Positions 39,101 through 54,113 of a stretch of DNA of 64,000 bases are shown here, one piece after another. Numbering within the stretch: the stretch's first letter is position 1; every line of letters starts with the position of its first letter. The notes under the pieces were generated by a model that was given only the letters and a program-made list of their open reading frames with translations, had not been told where the DNA came from and did no database searches. The position numbers and the translations under genes were made by a program. Source of the DNA: Mytilus trossulus (taxonomy: Eukaryota); NCBI RefSeq assembly GCF_036588685.1, contig NC_086374.1, positions 63,116,001 to 63,180,000 of the forward strand. The letters are read 5' to 3'.

Positions 39101-42100
39101 GATGGAGGACAGGAATCTCTCAAAATTGTAGAAACACTAAAACAAGAAAAGGAAGAATTACTCACTAAAATCCATGAGGTATGATCAAACACTCAAAAAT
39201 AATTGTTACATTCATATTTGTGTTCTTTATGGGAATTTCCAATTACTTTTAGAAATTTTTTATGCCCCATTTATGGGCATTATGTTTTCTGGTCAGTGCG
39301 TCCATTCGTTTGCTCTGTCTCGCTTCAGGTTAAAGTTTTTGATGAAGTTGAAGTCCAATCAACTTGAAACTTTAAAATAGTAGAAATGTTCCCTATGATA
39401 TGATTTATCTAATTTTAAGGCCAAATTAGAGATTTTATCCCATTTTTTGGGTCCATTGAACATATAAAATGATAGTGTGGATGGGGCATCCGTGCACTTG
39501 GGACACATTCTTGTTTTACTATGGATTCATTCATTTTTGTTGATACAATATTTTATGGATCTAGAAAAAAAAATTATGGATACCTTATTTTGTGGTTTGA
39601 CAATATCTGTGCAGAAAGTTGTTGGAACATTAATTGACAATTTATTGATTCTATAGAATATTTTTTTCATTCACGCCCTATGCGACACATGGCGCTAACG
39701 GGAGTTGTATTGTATATATATATTGATTTTTTTATCGTGATTTGTGTATGCAAAGTTTATGGTGACTTGAATTGTTTGTCTTAAAGTTCAGAATTATTTG
39801 TAAGCTCCATATAACTCAGGTATTGGAAAAGTTACACTCCATATGTTAAGGGAAACTTTTACAGTTTCTGATTAAGAAATGTTCTGCTTTATTTTGGTTA
39901 TGTAAATGGATGGTTGTTAATTCTGATTAATAAAACCAAAACTTTGTTGTTCTTTTATACCTTGAATACTAAATGAATGATTCAAATTGTTATTGATAAG
40001 ATAATAAGACAATTCTATCTGGTTTTCAGTATACAGAGGCATTCCAAAGAGTGAGTACAGAAAAAGACCAACTAAGTGAACAATACCAACAGTACATGGA
40101 CCAGTTACAGGGACATAATAAAAAGTTAACTGAACAGGTAACTCACCACAGGGCTTTCATAAAATATTTCCACCAATTTTTCAATCCTGTTTTTTACCCC
40201 TTTAGACAGTGTACCCCATTACAAAAGATGGACATAACCTTATGATAAAGCCTTTAAACTATTAAAGGACTATTAACTTCATAGACTGCATACTTTTTTC
40301 AGTTTTTCATGCAAGAAGGAGACTACAAGACCAAAACTAAAAATTGATATGAATAAAGATTTGATGAACAGTTGTTTCAGTAAAAATATGAACAAGACAT
40401 TCTTTTGCGTTGAAGTCACAGGTACAAATGTATTAATAAAGCCAACATCACTGAGTTTACCAAAATAAAAAAAATAATAGCTGTGATCTTTGCAAGAATT
40501 GGATGCAATGAGACCAAAAAAATGACAGCTAATACATTTTTTATGAACTGTTATATACACATATTCAAATGTATAGTAATTGTTTGTTACTTGTATTTTC
40601 TATAGATCACATCATTAACAGAGGACAGAGAAAATTTATTAACAAGTCAACATGACTTAGAATCTTCAGTATTAGAATTACAACGACGAATAGGTAAGTA
40701 ACTATAGTTTGATGTGTAACTTAATGCTAGTGGTAGAAAGAAAAGTGTGTGGCTTTTTTTTTAGAGTAATTGCCCTTAATATACACAAGTTAAACTTATA
40801 AGCTCTCTTTATTGCTGTGATATGTAAACTATAGAATGAGATATGTACATGTATATGAAATCTTTTATGGACAATTGTTTGCTCTACAATGTTAATATCA
40901 TCCCTATATAAAAATGTTTGGTTTTGAAATTTTTATTGTTTCTCATGTAAGTTATTCACAAATTTTTAAGAATCTGGGCTATCAAAAGTTTGACAAATTT
41001 GTTATTGATACCTGTATATAGGTTAAGACTGTATATAGACCTTTATGAGTCAACTTGTTAATTTTGTTATTTGACTGCTGTTTCATTGATGTATAAACAG
41101 TTACTTCACATTTTCTTTCTTGAAAGCATTCAGTAAAAACCTTAAAATGAATAAACCCATTTTGTGATTCACTAGAATTATTAATGATTTATAGTCAATT
41201 GTAAATGGGACACAAATAAAAGGATTTATGTGTATTTTTACAGAAGATGTTGATAGCAATAATACCAGTGCCAATAATGATTTGATTCTACAGAAAGATA
41301 ATGAAATGCATCAATTAAGAGAAAAACATGAGGATTTTATACAGAAGTATGAAGCACAGATGAGAGACAACGTCCAGCTTAGCAGGTAAATTGATTAACA
41401 TTTAATAAAAGAAAGTATAATAACAAGCATGGGTCACTCTACTGGTTGTGCAAAATTGTCAAATTTTGTATAGATTAAGTATGGAAAATAGAAAAAGTGG
41501 GAACACAGGACTTGTTTTCTTGCTACATTTTAAAATATATAAATTCACAATGCTTTCTATAATGAAAGTTACTTTATCTGATTTATCTCTCATAAAATCT
41601 GAGTTATCTCCCCTTATGTGGCAAAGTTAAAAAAAAAAGCGCTTCGTCATGTGTGATATATGTAAAAGATGCAAATGATATACAATTGGTTAATTGATAA
41701 GGTGGTCTAAACTGTCAGTCTGAAGATATTTTTATTCCCAATTTATGGGCATTATATTTTCTGGTCGGAGTGCCCATTCGTCCATCTGTCTGTCCCACTT
41801 CAGGTTAAAGTTTTTGGTTGAGGTTGTTTTTGATGAAGTTGAAGTCCAATCAACTTAAAACTTAGTACACATGTTCCTTATGATATGATCTTTCTAATTT
41901 TATTGCCAAACTAGAGATTTTCCCCCATGGTGACGTCACGGTCCATTGAACATACAAAATGATAGTGTGGATGGGGCATCCATGTACTAGGTACACTTTT
42001 TAAATATATAAAACATTATTTTTTTTTTAGCATAGGCACTAAAAGATTGACAAATTATTTGTATGATAACTTATTTACAGACTTTTAGAAGAAAAAGAAG

Positions 42101-45100
42101 AAAAGATTACACAGTTGGAAGACAGGATGTCAGAAGTAAACAGAGAAGATGGAGACAAAGCTCATCTACTGGAGAGTATTCAGAGTAACAAAACAGCTCT
42201 CAGTCGAGCACTTACTCAAAATAAAGAACTTAAACATCAACTAGCAGAACTACAGAATGGTTTTGTTAAAATGGTAAATATTTGATAAGAAATTATGTTT
42301 CATTGGCTGTTTAATCTTCTTTTATGAGCAACCTTTTATCTTTATTTAGTGCATTGATATAAAAGGAATAATCTGATACTCAGGATGAGACATTACATAT
42401 AGCACTTAAGATAATAGTTGACCAGGCAATATTTAAAAAAAAATATAAGTTCGTAATAACAATGATTGTTGAAATAACTTATACTGTTACTTTTACAGAG
42501 TAATGAGAACATGGAATTGATGACAAGGATACAGTCAGAACAACATAGCTCTAAAGAATTGTTTTGTAAACTTACCCAACAAGAAGATGAACTTCGAGTT
42601 TTGAGAGATGCTGTAAGATTTTAAGATGTCTATATTTATACAACTAACCTTAGCAGTATTTGTATTTAGTTTATAAAAAACCACACTCTAGTAGGGGAAA
42701 ATGGCCGCTATATTGCATTTACCTTGTCTGATTGAAAATCAAACTAATATGTCTGTGACACTATTGCCAGGTACTTATGACAGAAGTGACTTCATATTTG
42801 GTCAGCATCGAATTATCAGTCAAAAGTTTTAAAGGGGGCACTTTCAGATTCATCAGAAACTTACTGTTTACCTATACTTTGAATTTTTCAATGTGTTGAT
42901 TGGACTTAATATTTATATGTCATGTTTTATTTGAAAAGTATATGTAGCATAAAAACTAAATATCTATGCTGCAACATAAAGCAGTTGCTATGATATTTAA
43001 TTTAAATAAAAGATATTTCATTTCATCCTTTGCCATCAGTCAAATAGTAATTGAAATATTAAAAAATGGCTTAAGAACAACCATGTAGGTGGGGTTTTTT
43101 CAATTGTATTTTGAAAAAAATAATCAAATATAACTCTCATTATTTTTTCCATAACAGTTATCTGTGAAACAGTCGAAGTTAACAGATTTAGAACATTCTA
43201 CTCATGAGGCAAAGAAGGAAATGTACCAACAAGAACAATTACATGATAGACTGAGACATTATGAAGCTCAAGCTCAATTGGTGGAAAGTCTGGGTAGAGA
43301 ATTACATAATTCACAGGTATTCAAAGAACATCTATATGTACTTTATGTCAAATAACTTCTTCATGTCCCTATGAAGTCAAATGCAAAAGAAACATGTTGT
43401 TACTAAAAAAAAATTATGAGCCAGTATGAAATAGAAGGAACGTGAGCCACAAAAATTCTTTTTCAGTTAATGTCAAAATCATTCTATCGCTATGAATAAA
43501 GGATGCATAATTATTTCAAAATAAATAAATTTGGTGTATTGACTGATTGGTTTAAAGTATAACTTTTATTTTCAATGTTGTCAATTTTTATGGCGACACG
43601 CCCACTCCGATCTTGTATATTCATACGCCAACATGTGTGTTATGTTGTTATTTTTAATATATATAATATAAAAAATTATTTGAGCCTTTTTTTTTTTATA
43701 GAAATTTATTTATAATTAATGGCAATAATTTATTTTGAATTTATTGAACCATAAGATTAATTTTATGGTTCAATAAATTCAAAATAAAAAATAGCCATTC
43801 ATTAATTAACTACAGACATCAAAACAATTCCTTAAGGATAATGTATTGATAATTTAGGTGTATATTTCAGATAATAATAAGAATGATATAAAAAATATTT
43901 GTCAAATGATTTTACTTTATTCAGAATTAAATCATAACTACTTTTATGTCTAGGATATGGTAGAAGCCCTCAAAACCCAGAACAGTGAGTTGAGAACCAT
44001 GTTAATTAAAGCTACTAGTCATAAAGAGAATGGTCACACAGACTCTGAGGAGGAGAAGAAGAGGGATGATGTGGTAAATATATAATTACACATACCACAA
44101 TTTTTACCAATGAGAAATAAGTTTATGCTTCAAAAATGCATCAAAAATTTATGTGAATGTCCTAAGGCTTGTGTTAAATATAAGCTTTGTGAAAAGAATG
44201 GGAAACAAATGTAAATGTTTCATAGATTTTATGTGAAATGAAAGATGTGCATTCACAAAATATTTTCATGTAAAACATCATTTCATTTGAAATTCATGTA
44301 AGTCATGCTTGCCTATATAGCTATGTACTCATGTAGCAATCATATCAATCATACAATTAATGACAAAGGTGATTCATCTGAAAAAAGGCTACACATTTTA
44401 AAAGATTTTACAAATCAAATGTCATTTATTATGATATGGATGATAAATCAACAGCCTGATCAAGAACTAAAAATTGATTTTTTATTTACAATGGAATATA
44501 GTGTAGAAAGGGGAGTGAATTCCCCTTTCAAACTTTTCATAGTGCATCTCTTATAATTTATATTTCCCATGACCACATTTAAAAGTAATGGTAGTTTCAT
44601 ATAACTTTGCATAATGAACAAAATGTCAAAAATGAAATGCATAGAAAATAAATCATGGATTTAATTTGTTTGCATGTACCATCATTGTGTCATTTTAGGG
44701 CATCATTTGCATCAAATTTGCTTATTGTATTTATCATGTTGTTATTCTAACTCTCCCTACATATTTTTTTAATTAACTTGATATGTTTTATCTTTCACAG
44801 ATAGATTCCTTATCTTCAGCCATTCAACAGTTAGAAATAGAAAGGAACCAACTAGTAGAGAGTCTTAAAGAACAGAGAGAATTATCTGACAGTCTGTCTA
44901 TCAAAGTATCAGACTTACAAGAGGAAGTTGTCCAGAAAAGTAATAAAATATATGACAACACATTTTTTAAACACATAGAATATAGAAACTTAATCTTCTA
45001 TTGAAACATAAAAATCTTAAAGGTTGTTTAACCATTTGCAGACATTTACTTTAAAGAGCGTTCAATTTATTGGGCAATTGAGTACTGGAAATTCAGATAT

Positions 45101-48100
45101 TATTGAGAAAAATGCGACAGTGTTGTAAACACAATAATTTAAACTCGCATTTTGAAATATTTTATATGAATTAAACAGGATTTTACTCAAAATCGTAAAA
45201 ATTTAAATCACATTTAAGTCTTAAATAACAAAATCGCAATAATGAATGCTTGCAATAATTTCTGAATTTACAGTATTTATTTTTAGCCTATCAGTTTAGA
45301 TAAAAGTCATCTTTAAACTGTTATTTTCAGACACTTTAGAATTTTACAAGGTGTCAAAATAAAATGTATTTATGATATTTGTGTAAATTTATAGTATTAG
45401 TCTAGTTAAATTGATTATATATGCATTAGATATTCACATATATATCCTAAAAAATAGTTCAATCATTCTGAAATTCATAAAAATAGTTTTATATATGTAG
45501 AAATATTGTAAAAGAGATGAATTTATACTGTATCAATAAAAGTCCTTCAGAGAATTCCCCATTCTTAATCTTTGATAGAAATTTAAAAAAAAAAATATTC
45601 AGGAATAAGGGATATTTGGACTTGCATGTATCCATACTGTTACTGTTTCTCAGTGTCATATTTTGTATTTTCAGGTGCATTCCTGTCAGAAGATTATAAT
45701 ATAGTCAGTAGAGTAGAGTATGAGCAGTTAAAACAAGCCATGGAATTAATACAGGTATATTGGATAATAATGATTACTTAAAAATACCAAAATTATATTA
45801 TAGAGAGTTTTTAGAATAAAATTCAAGTGGACAGTACAATTCTAGGACAACTGAAAATATATCAGGATAAGTGTAAAAACTATACCAATGAAACTAAAAT
45901 AAAATGAAGTCTTGTAAAGCCCTGAATCTGTTGCTACTGAAAGTTTTATCCTGATCCATATGCAGCAACCATCGTCTTGTTTGGAAATCTAAAGTCCTCA
46001 GAGTAAAACACTGTACAATAAATGAAATATATGGAAAAATATGTATAAAAGCGCTTCATACTAATAATGTGCACACAGTCAACGCTTTTACAACCCTATG
46101 AAGTTACAAAAAGAAGCATTCAATACTTATAATTACATTTTTTAGAAAAGATAATGAAAACACGAATTTTATAATTGTTTATTTAATTCACCTGTGCACT
46201 TTATTGTGGGACCATGTGTTGTCATGATTGAAAAAGAATAAAGTATTATGATGAAACATACATCTAATGTAATTATTGGTATGTTATCATTTTAAAGGTT
46301 ACAAGTTTATGAAATTATATTCGTACATCAATGTCTTTCATACAACAATAACAAAAACTGAAATCTATTGAATTGATACATTTTGTAATTATTCAAAATT
46401 ATATCATAAACCTATACTTAATTATTAAATAATGATCCTGTTAAAGGGATACAATCCCACACTGATGTTTTGGAATCTAAGCATAATACAAAGGAATGTC
46501 ACTCTTGCATACAAATGGCACATACATATAATTAAATTACTGCATTTGTGATCCACTTTCAATGAAGATTCTAAATTATTAATATAACCAAAAGTTGTTA
46601 ATCTATAGGATAGTGAAGACTAATGTAAGCTAACCCAATGTACAATATATTTCTTTGAACTTTTTTAAAACTTACCCAGTAAAATGCTCGAGCCACTTGC
46701 CTTTCATAGCTCATAATTAACGTTTTTACACAATATTTTAAGAAAGTAGTTAAAGATTATTTGGTTCTCAAAGTGTAAGACGCAATAAAAATCATATGTT
46801 TGCATCAACTTACCCAAATACAGATTTAATTAAGTCCTGAACATTTCAACATAGTTTGTTTATCTTTATCAATACCAGTTATAAACAAATCACAAGTTCA
46901 TGTTAAGATCCGACTAAATACCTATATCCTGATACCGTCAGGTAAATACGCTAAGTCAAGGTCAATAACTTTAGTTTCAGTTGACAATCCTATGTCCTAT
47001 AGTAACGATACAATTTTTTACCACACAATATTTACAGAGGGACCTACAGAGATGGCTCCCATCTCAATGATGTCTAGTTCAGGTTATCCCCAAGTATCAT
47101 TCATTTAAAAAATCATGCTTGAAAACTTGTTTAATATGTTTACTGATAATTTGTAAGTGTCTAATAAGTTGCCTATCTCCCATGTTATACTTTATGTTGG
47201 AAGAATATCAAGTCTTTTTTTATTCATTATTATTGTTGATTTTACTTACAGAATAAGTATATGAAAGTGATGAGAGATAAGGCTGAGTTATCAGACAAGT
47301 CAGATGAACTAGAACATACAGTATTACAGCTACAGGGAGAATCAGAAACTATAGGTATAATTTAGTTTCGGTAGAGGGGGGGGGGGCAATTTTAAGTCTT
47401 GGGGAAACATTTTGAAATGGAAATTTTAAATCTGAGTGAAACATAGTTAAATGGCAATTTTAAATCAAATGGAAGCATAATTTTATATTAAAAAAAAATA
47501 GCAAATTGAAATCACAGTGATTTAAATATGAGAAATATTTTTATATGACTTGCCATGGAAACTTTATCATGCAATCATACTGCACTTCAAAGATATCGGC
47601 AATTTTTTTTATATCTGGATTCTGTTTCATTAGGCAAATTAAACCTTTATATTTCTGTTGTTATGCTAAAACCAATAGTTGTTTGTTAAATCCAAACAAA
47701 CCGGCAAAGTGCTTAATATTTTGATTGTCTTAACACAATTTCATATTTATATATACATATTTATATCGGTCAGGTGAATACATCTCCTTATATCACCACC
47801 AGAGGGCAATTTTACAGCAGAGAGAATTACAGAAAAACGATTATATTTCACATTTAGCCAAAGACAGAGAAGAAATGTCGGTAAGTTTGATGAATGACTA
47901 AAAAATAGATTTGTACCAAGACCAGAGCAAAAACATTATTTTCATTAAGTAAATTTACATTTCACAAAGTGAAAGGGCAGGGTTGAACCATTAAAGTATT
48001 CTGACTGTGTACACTTTGAAGCTGGTACTCTATTTCAATTAAATACTCTGAAAATGTCTTTTTAATGATATTGTGCACCCATTTTGTCTTCATCAAACAA

Positions 48101-49440
48101 GAGAAGGACTTTGCAAAACAAAAACTTAGACTTATAAATCTGTACAAATAATACAGGCAAAGATTGATGAAGTTGTTAACCCGACACTAACATAAAGAAC
48201 TTCAATTTCTCAAATACCAGGTTTATCTGTTTTATTTACACTATTACTGTAATTTAGTGAGATAAACATATTTCATACTGTTGTCTAAATGAGTAAGTTT
48301 TAACCTTTTCAATTATTATTCAGTTAAAACTAGGAGAACTACAGACACTAATGATGCAGTTACTAGGAGAGAAAAATATGTTACATAATTATCATGAGGA
48401 ATCGTCTATAACCTCCCCTGATGTCAGTATACAACCTCATCTTAGTCAGGAACCTATGGTCAATGGTACAGGTATGTTAATTAATGGTTGATGGACTTTT
48501 CTAACTTTTATGATAAAACAGACTTATTTTGGCTGATACTTAATTTTTCAGTGTTGAGACATTTTTCAACTACTTCCCCCTCATTTTAATTTCAAGATTT
48601 TCAAATTTTCTTGATGTGTTTAAATAAGGAAAGATCCAGCTATAACATTTTTAGGATGATTTATATATTTACATTATTTTTCTACTGTGGAAAACTATTT
48701 GGTTAACAATATTTTAAAGTATAAAAGTTCCATGTTAGTGGAATATCTTCAAAGCTCAACATAAAAAATAATTAAAAAAAACAAAAAAAAACTTTTTACT
48801 AGTAAATATTATTATAAACATTTCATAGAATCAACATCATTGCAAATTATATATATAACAATGTGATTAACCTAGTCCATGCAACTACAGAGTGTAACCA
48901 TCAATTAAGAACAAATAAACGAAGGTTTGAAAAATTATTATTATATAAAACAACGCTTTAAGATGGTTGTCTGAGGTATTATGTCTTCAGGTATTTTATA
49001 TTATGATGAAGAGAAATAAACAAGTATATCAGTGTGTCACATATTAAATACATATTCTTGGGCCCTTTCTGTTCAAAGTTGATTATTTTCCAGATTGGCC
49101 CGATTATACTAGTTCAGAAGAAGATTCAGACAGTGAAGTGGAAACCATTGTCGGTGGACAGGAAGGAACAACAGACACTTTAGGGGAGGAAACTCCTCAG
49201 GACCATATGAACCACAACCACCACCATCATAATCATGAACATCATAATCACGAACATCATCATCATATGACAAAAGACCAAAGACCTGATAAATCAAAAA
49301 CTAGTGAAAATACAGAAGGCACTGCCACAAAAATAATGAACCTATTATCAGAAATAAGTCATAACAATTATACTGATCGAACTGTTGATCATAACTTTTT
49401 ACCTTGTAAATATTGTAAGGGGAAGGTTTATAATGTATGA
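24168..49440 (+). CDS. GOLGA2: Golgin A2 / GM130, ~969 aa. Exons: 24168-24215, 28154-28315, 29061-29113, [29675-29710 optional], 31630-31693, 33285-33341, 33812-33892, 34559-34660, 35715-35808, 36090-36196, 37774-37832, 38353-38413, 39005-39178, 40030-40137, 40606-40693, 41244-41385, 42081-42273, 42499-42612, 43158-43316, 43954-44073, 44801-44939, 45675-45754, 47252-47354, 47774-47880, 48324-48471, 49094-49440
   Basis: Phase-consistent GT-AG chain. GM130 motifs: [86 protein letters not shown]; C-terminal hydrophobic tail (..KVYNV). Confidence 0.93.
24536..25193. mobile_element. MITE with ~28-bp TIRs and 5-bp TSD (ACAGA)
   Basis: ACAGA|CAGTCAGAGCTCAGACATAAATAAGTCT ... AGACTTGTTTATGTCTGAGCTCTGACTG|ACAGA. 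Confidence 0.8.
25207..25382. mobile_element. Small MITE
   Basis: TTAATACACCTTATCG ... CGATAAGGTGTATTAA inverted termini. Confidence 0.7.
25900..26400 (-). mobile_element. Degenerate non-LTR retrotransposon (CR1/L2-like) reverse transcriptase fragment
   Basis: Minus-strand peptides [37 protein letters not shown] and [12 protein letters not shown], with stops and frameshifts. Confidence 0.85.
26158..26303. mobile_element. 146-bp MITE nested in the LINE fragment
   Basis: GTCTAC|CAGTCTTCA ... TGAAGACTG|GTCTAC; removing it restores the RT frame (..[12 protein letters not shown]..). Confidence 0.8.
28772..28935. mobile_element. MITE
   Basis: TTACAGCATATTTCAGTCAGTA ... TACTGACTGAAATGTGCTGTAA. 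Confidence 0.7.
35268..35626. repeat. Interspersed repeat; partial inverted copy at ~46050-46270
   Basis: Shared GGTCCCACAATAAAGTGCACA and TTACAAAAAGAAGCATTCAAT blocks; internal inverted repeat. Confidence 0.65.
36748..37613 (+). mobile_element. HINE/pearl-like non-autonomous element with internal tandem repeats
   Basis: 5' palindrome TTCGACTTTTGTTGAA, GTC/GGC microsatellite, ~180-bp internal repeats, 3' hairpin GGGTTCTGCGGAACCC and T-run; second copy at 53474-54113. Confidence 0.75.
39256..39517 (+). mobile_element. Short HINE-like repeat; second copy at ~41728-41995
   Basis: TTTTATGCCCCATTTATGGGCAT ... GGATGGGGCATCC.. present in both copies. Confidence 0.7.
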
Positions 49441-52400
49441 GGTCACTAATATTGTAGATTTTAACCAATAGAATTCATTGATTTCATGATCAGAGAGTTG
49501 TTGGCATAGGTCATGATCAGTAATGACAGACCAAGCTACCTCAGTTGTCAGTGAATAAGTCCATTCTGGTAATGGATTCAAAAAATGAGTGTGAGGGTTG
49601 CTTATCGTTGCTAGATACCCACTGAAATAAAAGTGGCTGTGAATTATTTTATCTGTTTTCATGGTTTGCCAGAAAAGCTTTGGTTCATGGGCTTTTAATT
49701 TCACATTCCAGGCTTGCCATGTAGAAAGATCAACGAAAAATTTTGTCATTCAGATGATTATTTTTATTTAATGTTTCTTGTGAAACATGAAATCTTCCAT
49801 GAATAAAAGTACTTCAAGCTAGTATATTCTAAATTTGGGGACCAATGCTGTCTACATCTTATAAGAAAGATAAACGACTAGAACATGTATGTCAAAATGC
49901 ATGAGTGTAAAGGAATAGATTTATAAGCTTTATAGGAGATTATAAAAAGGATTCCAGGAACATTGTTTTGCCTTACTACATTATTAAAGTCATCAATAAC
50001 AAAACCTTGCATCAGACTAAGGAGTGCAATAAAATGTTGGAATAATTATATACTCTAAGACTTTTTAAATAGTTTTAAATGTTCCAGTTGTAAACTGAGT
50101 TTGCTGATAGGTAGATAATATTTTGAATCCAACTTCGCTTCAGTATTTTCATGAAAACATTCATATTCATCAGTGAGAGTTCTGCTTATTTGTAAACATT
50201 GAACAAAATTGGGCTAATTTCTTTGTATTCAAGTGCCTATAAGCACTAGGCTAACAATTTTGATAACAAGTTTATGCCGGTTGTTACTGATAGATCCATT
50301 CACATGTTTTATTATTTGATTTCATGGTGAGAAGTCCATCATTTTAAGGTTTTGTTTGTTTTCATCAGTTTTAAATTATTATTTTTTTTGGAAAGAATTA
50401 GAAACGGTTATTGTTCATCCATTGATACCATTGGTCACCTCCATTTATTCATTTCAATGTCATTTCATATACCCTGATGAGTCTGACTGGTGAATGTATC
50501 CGTGATATGTTTATCCACAATGTGTCTTTTATAGACCAAACTGTTTAGAAAGTTAACCAACAAATAATAGGTAACTGGATTGAATTATGATATCCAGAAA
50601 CTGAATATTCCATGCCTTGCCATTTGTTTATTATTTTGAAAAAGTGTCTTGCTCTTTCAATTTTATTTCTATAAAAAAAAATTCCTGTCACAAACAGAAA
50701 TGTGTTTGCTCAACTCATGCCTGGGTATTTAGGTCTTAAGGTTTTTAGCATAATCTGTGATATCTTTATTTATCTATTTTAGTACATGTAATATGATCTT
50801 TATTAAAAATTCAACATGACGAAAATTAAAAGTATGTTTCTGAGCATGCATTATTATGGGGAGTGCTCTTCACATGTATAGGTACTGGGTGTGCTCGATG
50901 TACTGTGATTTTTAGGTTATAAGTCAAGTTTTCTTTGAAAATAAGGCAGTGTTAATTTAACCCTCTCTGTTTTTTTCAACCAAGTCAAATCTTGATTTTT
51001 GTTTAAAAATATGTCATATTCCACAAATGCAATAGCTTTCTTCAAAAGCATCTGTTTCCTCATACTGTATTTAATTTGCTCTGAAGGTTAAATATTTCAT
51101 AACTGCTTACAGAATCATAAAATACATGGTTACTTTATAGAAATGATCACATTGTAAGGCAGAATATCAATTATGGTGATTCTAAGGAAATGAAAACATA
51201 CATAGGTCAAAAGCTTGAAAATTAAAAACTGCTGGTACAGTTATTGTTGAATAGCACCAATCATACAAAAAGAACTGGATGAAATTTCAGCAAGGTACTG
51301 CATTAAGAAATATATGTACAAAACAGACTTCCAAATATATATATATATATAATGAAAGCAAAATTAATATATTGTTTCTCTATAGTATTGATATTAAAAA
51401 GATTTTGATTTCATTGTTCTTTATAATTGAACAACCTTGTACAAAAAGTATTTTATTTATAGCTGGCCTATTATTATAGTGGGGAAACTGTATATCTTAT
51501 GTATATCAAATGCATTTAGGAAAAAAAATATGTTAATAGTACAGATGTGTATGAGTCTTGTTTGTTATTTATAAGTTAAGGGAATGTAAGTGAGATCTAT
51601 ACTAGAAGATGCATCTATATTAAAAATGTAAATGGCTTAAGATATGTCTTAAAGATTTAGCCAAGTATACTTCAAAATTATCAAATACATAGTTCAACAA
51701 GTGTCATATATACCATATCATATAAATTCTGAACTCTGTTTAGTTAAGTTATTGTGCTAATAAAACCATGATTGCAGTGTGATTAATAATTGGTTGTGAT
51801 GGGTTGCTGTTACTCCTAAATCACTACATTCATAGATTGTTAAACTTGTTAAAATAGACGGCCTTTGTATACAATACAATACATCATTTTCATTATCAAG
51901 TGATATCTATCATATTATGTTATTTCAAAGGGAGGCTTGCTTTATTTCTTAGTTTTTAGTTAAATTTGAGGAAAATAGAATCGTTATGGTGAATATGTTA
52001 ACTTTTCACCTTGCAAAGTTGATAAGACTTAGAAGCATTTTTCATTAATACTGGTCTTTGAACTCTTAAACATGTGATTCCCAAGGAATTCTAAACCTCT
52101 TTTTAATGATTTAAGAAAGACAAATTATAAAACTATCAATTTTTAAAACATATTTCATTCTTGAATATAAAGTTCAAGCATTAGTGATGAATATTTTTCA
52201 AATTTTCTATTTTTCTGTTTTCATGTTATGAATAGATTCTCTTCAATGTTATGTTTTGAATTTTATGCATTTAATAATTGAAACAAACTTTAGGTATTTT
52301 AAATGGTGATGATAAGAGAAAACAGTTCAGCCAGAAAGTTGTTTAGAAATTTATTCCAAACAGTAAATCTGACAATATTAAATTTAAGGGTATGCCATTT

Positions 52401-53076
52401 AGGCTGCAAAAAAAAAACACCTGAAAAACATTGTTTTTCTTAAAAATTTGCCACAAATACTTGACATAAATATCCACTAATTAAATTATTTCACCTTGTT
52501 ATACTCTTGAGATGGCTATCAAAACTTATCAGTAAAAACATCTTTAGTCTATGAGTCTCTATCGGATCATTTATAGATAAATCTAATTTTACTTTACATG
52601 GACACATGTTCATTATATTTCTTTCAAAATCAAGAACATAATGAAGAAACTTTTGAATCTACATTAATAGTAAAAAGTAAAATCACGAAAATACTGAACT
52701 TAGAGGAAAATCAATTCGGAAAGTCCATGATCACATGGCAAAATCATATAACAATATGCATCAAAAACGAATGGACAAGAACTGTTATATTAATTAAATG
52801 TCTTTTTATATGAAATTTTCTGTTTTCTCATTTGTCAATTCCCATATACTATATTACAATAGATAATTGCCAGTAGTAAGGTGCTCATATAAATACATGA
52901 AGTAGGATGGTACACTTGTTAGCCTTGTAAGGGGATTATTTGTTAAAACATTTCATTGTTATGTATAAGTATAGATTTTCCTTATACTATGCATTTTATT
53001 TATTTATAATAAAAAGAAACCAATATCATTTGCATTATTTAAGTTATTTATACTGCATTTAGAATAGTATAGTGCC

Positions 53077-53234
53077 CATACCCGTAGCCAGGGGGGTTCG
53101 GGGGTTTCGGACGAACCCCCCCTTGAAAACAAATAAGCACTGTTAAAGTCAATGTTCTGTTCGAATTGTGACTGTTAAAGTTGAGTTTGTGAGTCCAACG
53201 AACCCCCATTTGGAAATTCCTGGCTACGGGCCTG
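53077..53234. mobile_element. GC-rich MITE
   Basis: CCCGTAGCCAGG ... CCTGGCTACGGG inverted termini. Confidence 0.7.
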
Positions 53235-53473
53235 GTGCCTGTAGGCCCATATCCAGTTAGATATGGAAAAATCCAAATAGCCCTTGTTTACTGCAGTTTA
53301 TCTTGCACTGCTTGTCAAATTGGAATGAGCCATGTCGATTAAATAAAGGTTAAAATTCTAGAAAATTCTAAACACACTAATTTAATCATTTTGCTTAAGC
53401 AAATATTCTATGGGATGAATATGCAACTATAAGTTATTAAAACTAACTAGCATTTGTGTATGTCTAATTTCAT

Positions 53474-54113
53474 TATTGTCGAGCCTTCGACTTTAGTCGA
53501 AAAAGCGAGACTAAGTGATCCTACATTCCGTCGGCGGCGGCGTCAACAAATATTCAATCTGTGGTTAAAGTTTTTGAAATTTTAATAACTTTCTTAAACT
53601 ATACTGGATTTCTACCAAACTTGGACAGAAGCTTGTTTATGACCATACGATAGTATCCTTAAGTAAATTTTGTTCTTATAAATAGACTTAGTTTTTTCTG
53701 CAGGGAAACATTACATTCACTCTGTGGTTAAAGTTTTTAAAATTTTAATAACTTTCTTAAACTATCCTGGGTGTGTACCAAACTTGGACAGAAGCTTATT
53801 TATGATCATAAAATAGTATCCAGAAGTAAATTTTGTAAAAAGATAACTCCATTTTTTCTGTATTTTATTTTTAAATAGACTTAGATTTTCTTTAAGTTAA
53901 CATTACATACAGTTTGCAGTTCAAGTTTTCAAAACATTCATTAGATTTATTAACTATCCTAGATTTTTATCAAACTTAGACAGAAGCTTCTTACAATCAT
54001 AAGATGGTATCAAGAGGAAAATTTTTATTGATTTTTTTCCTCATTTTTGTTGAGCCCGCGATTTACAGCAAAATTAGGCGAGACACTGGGTTCCATGGAA
54101 CCCTTACAAATTT
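53474..54113 (+). mobile_element. HINE/pearl-like element, second copy
   Basis: Homologous to 36748-37613 with fewer internal repeats. Confidence 0.75.

Noticed and set aside
50474-50500. CTGATGAG hammerhead-like start downstream of GOLGA2
   Set aside because: No GAAA and no convincing stems.
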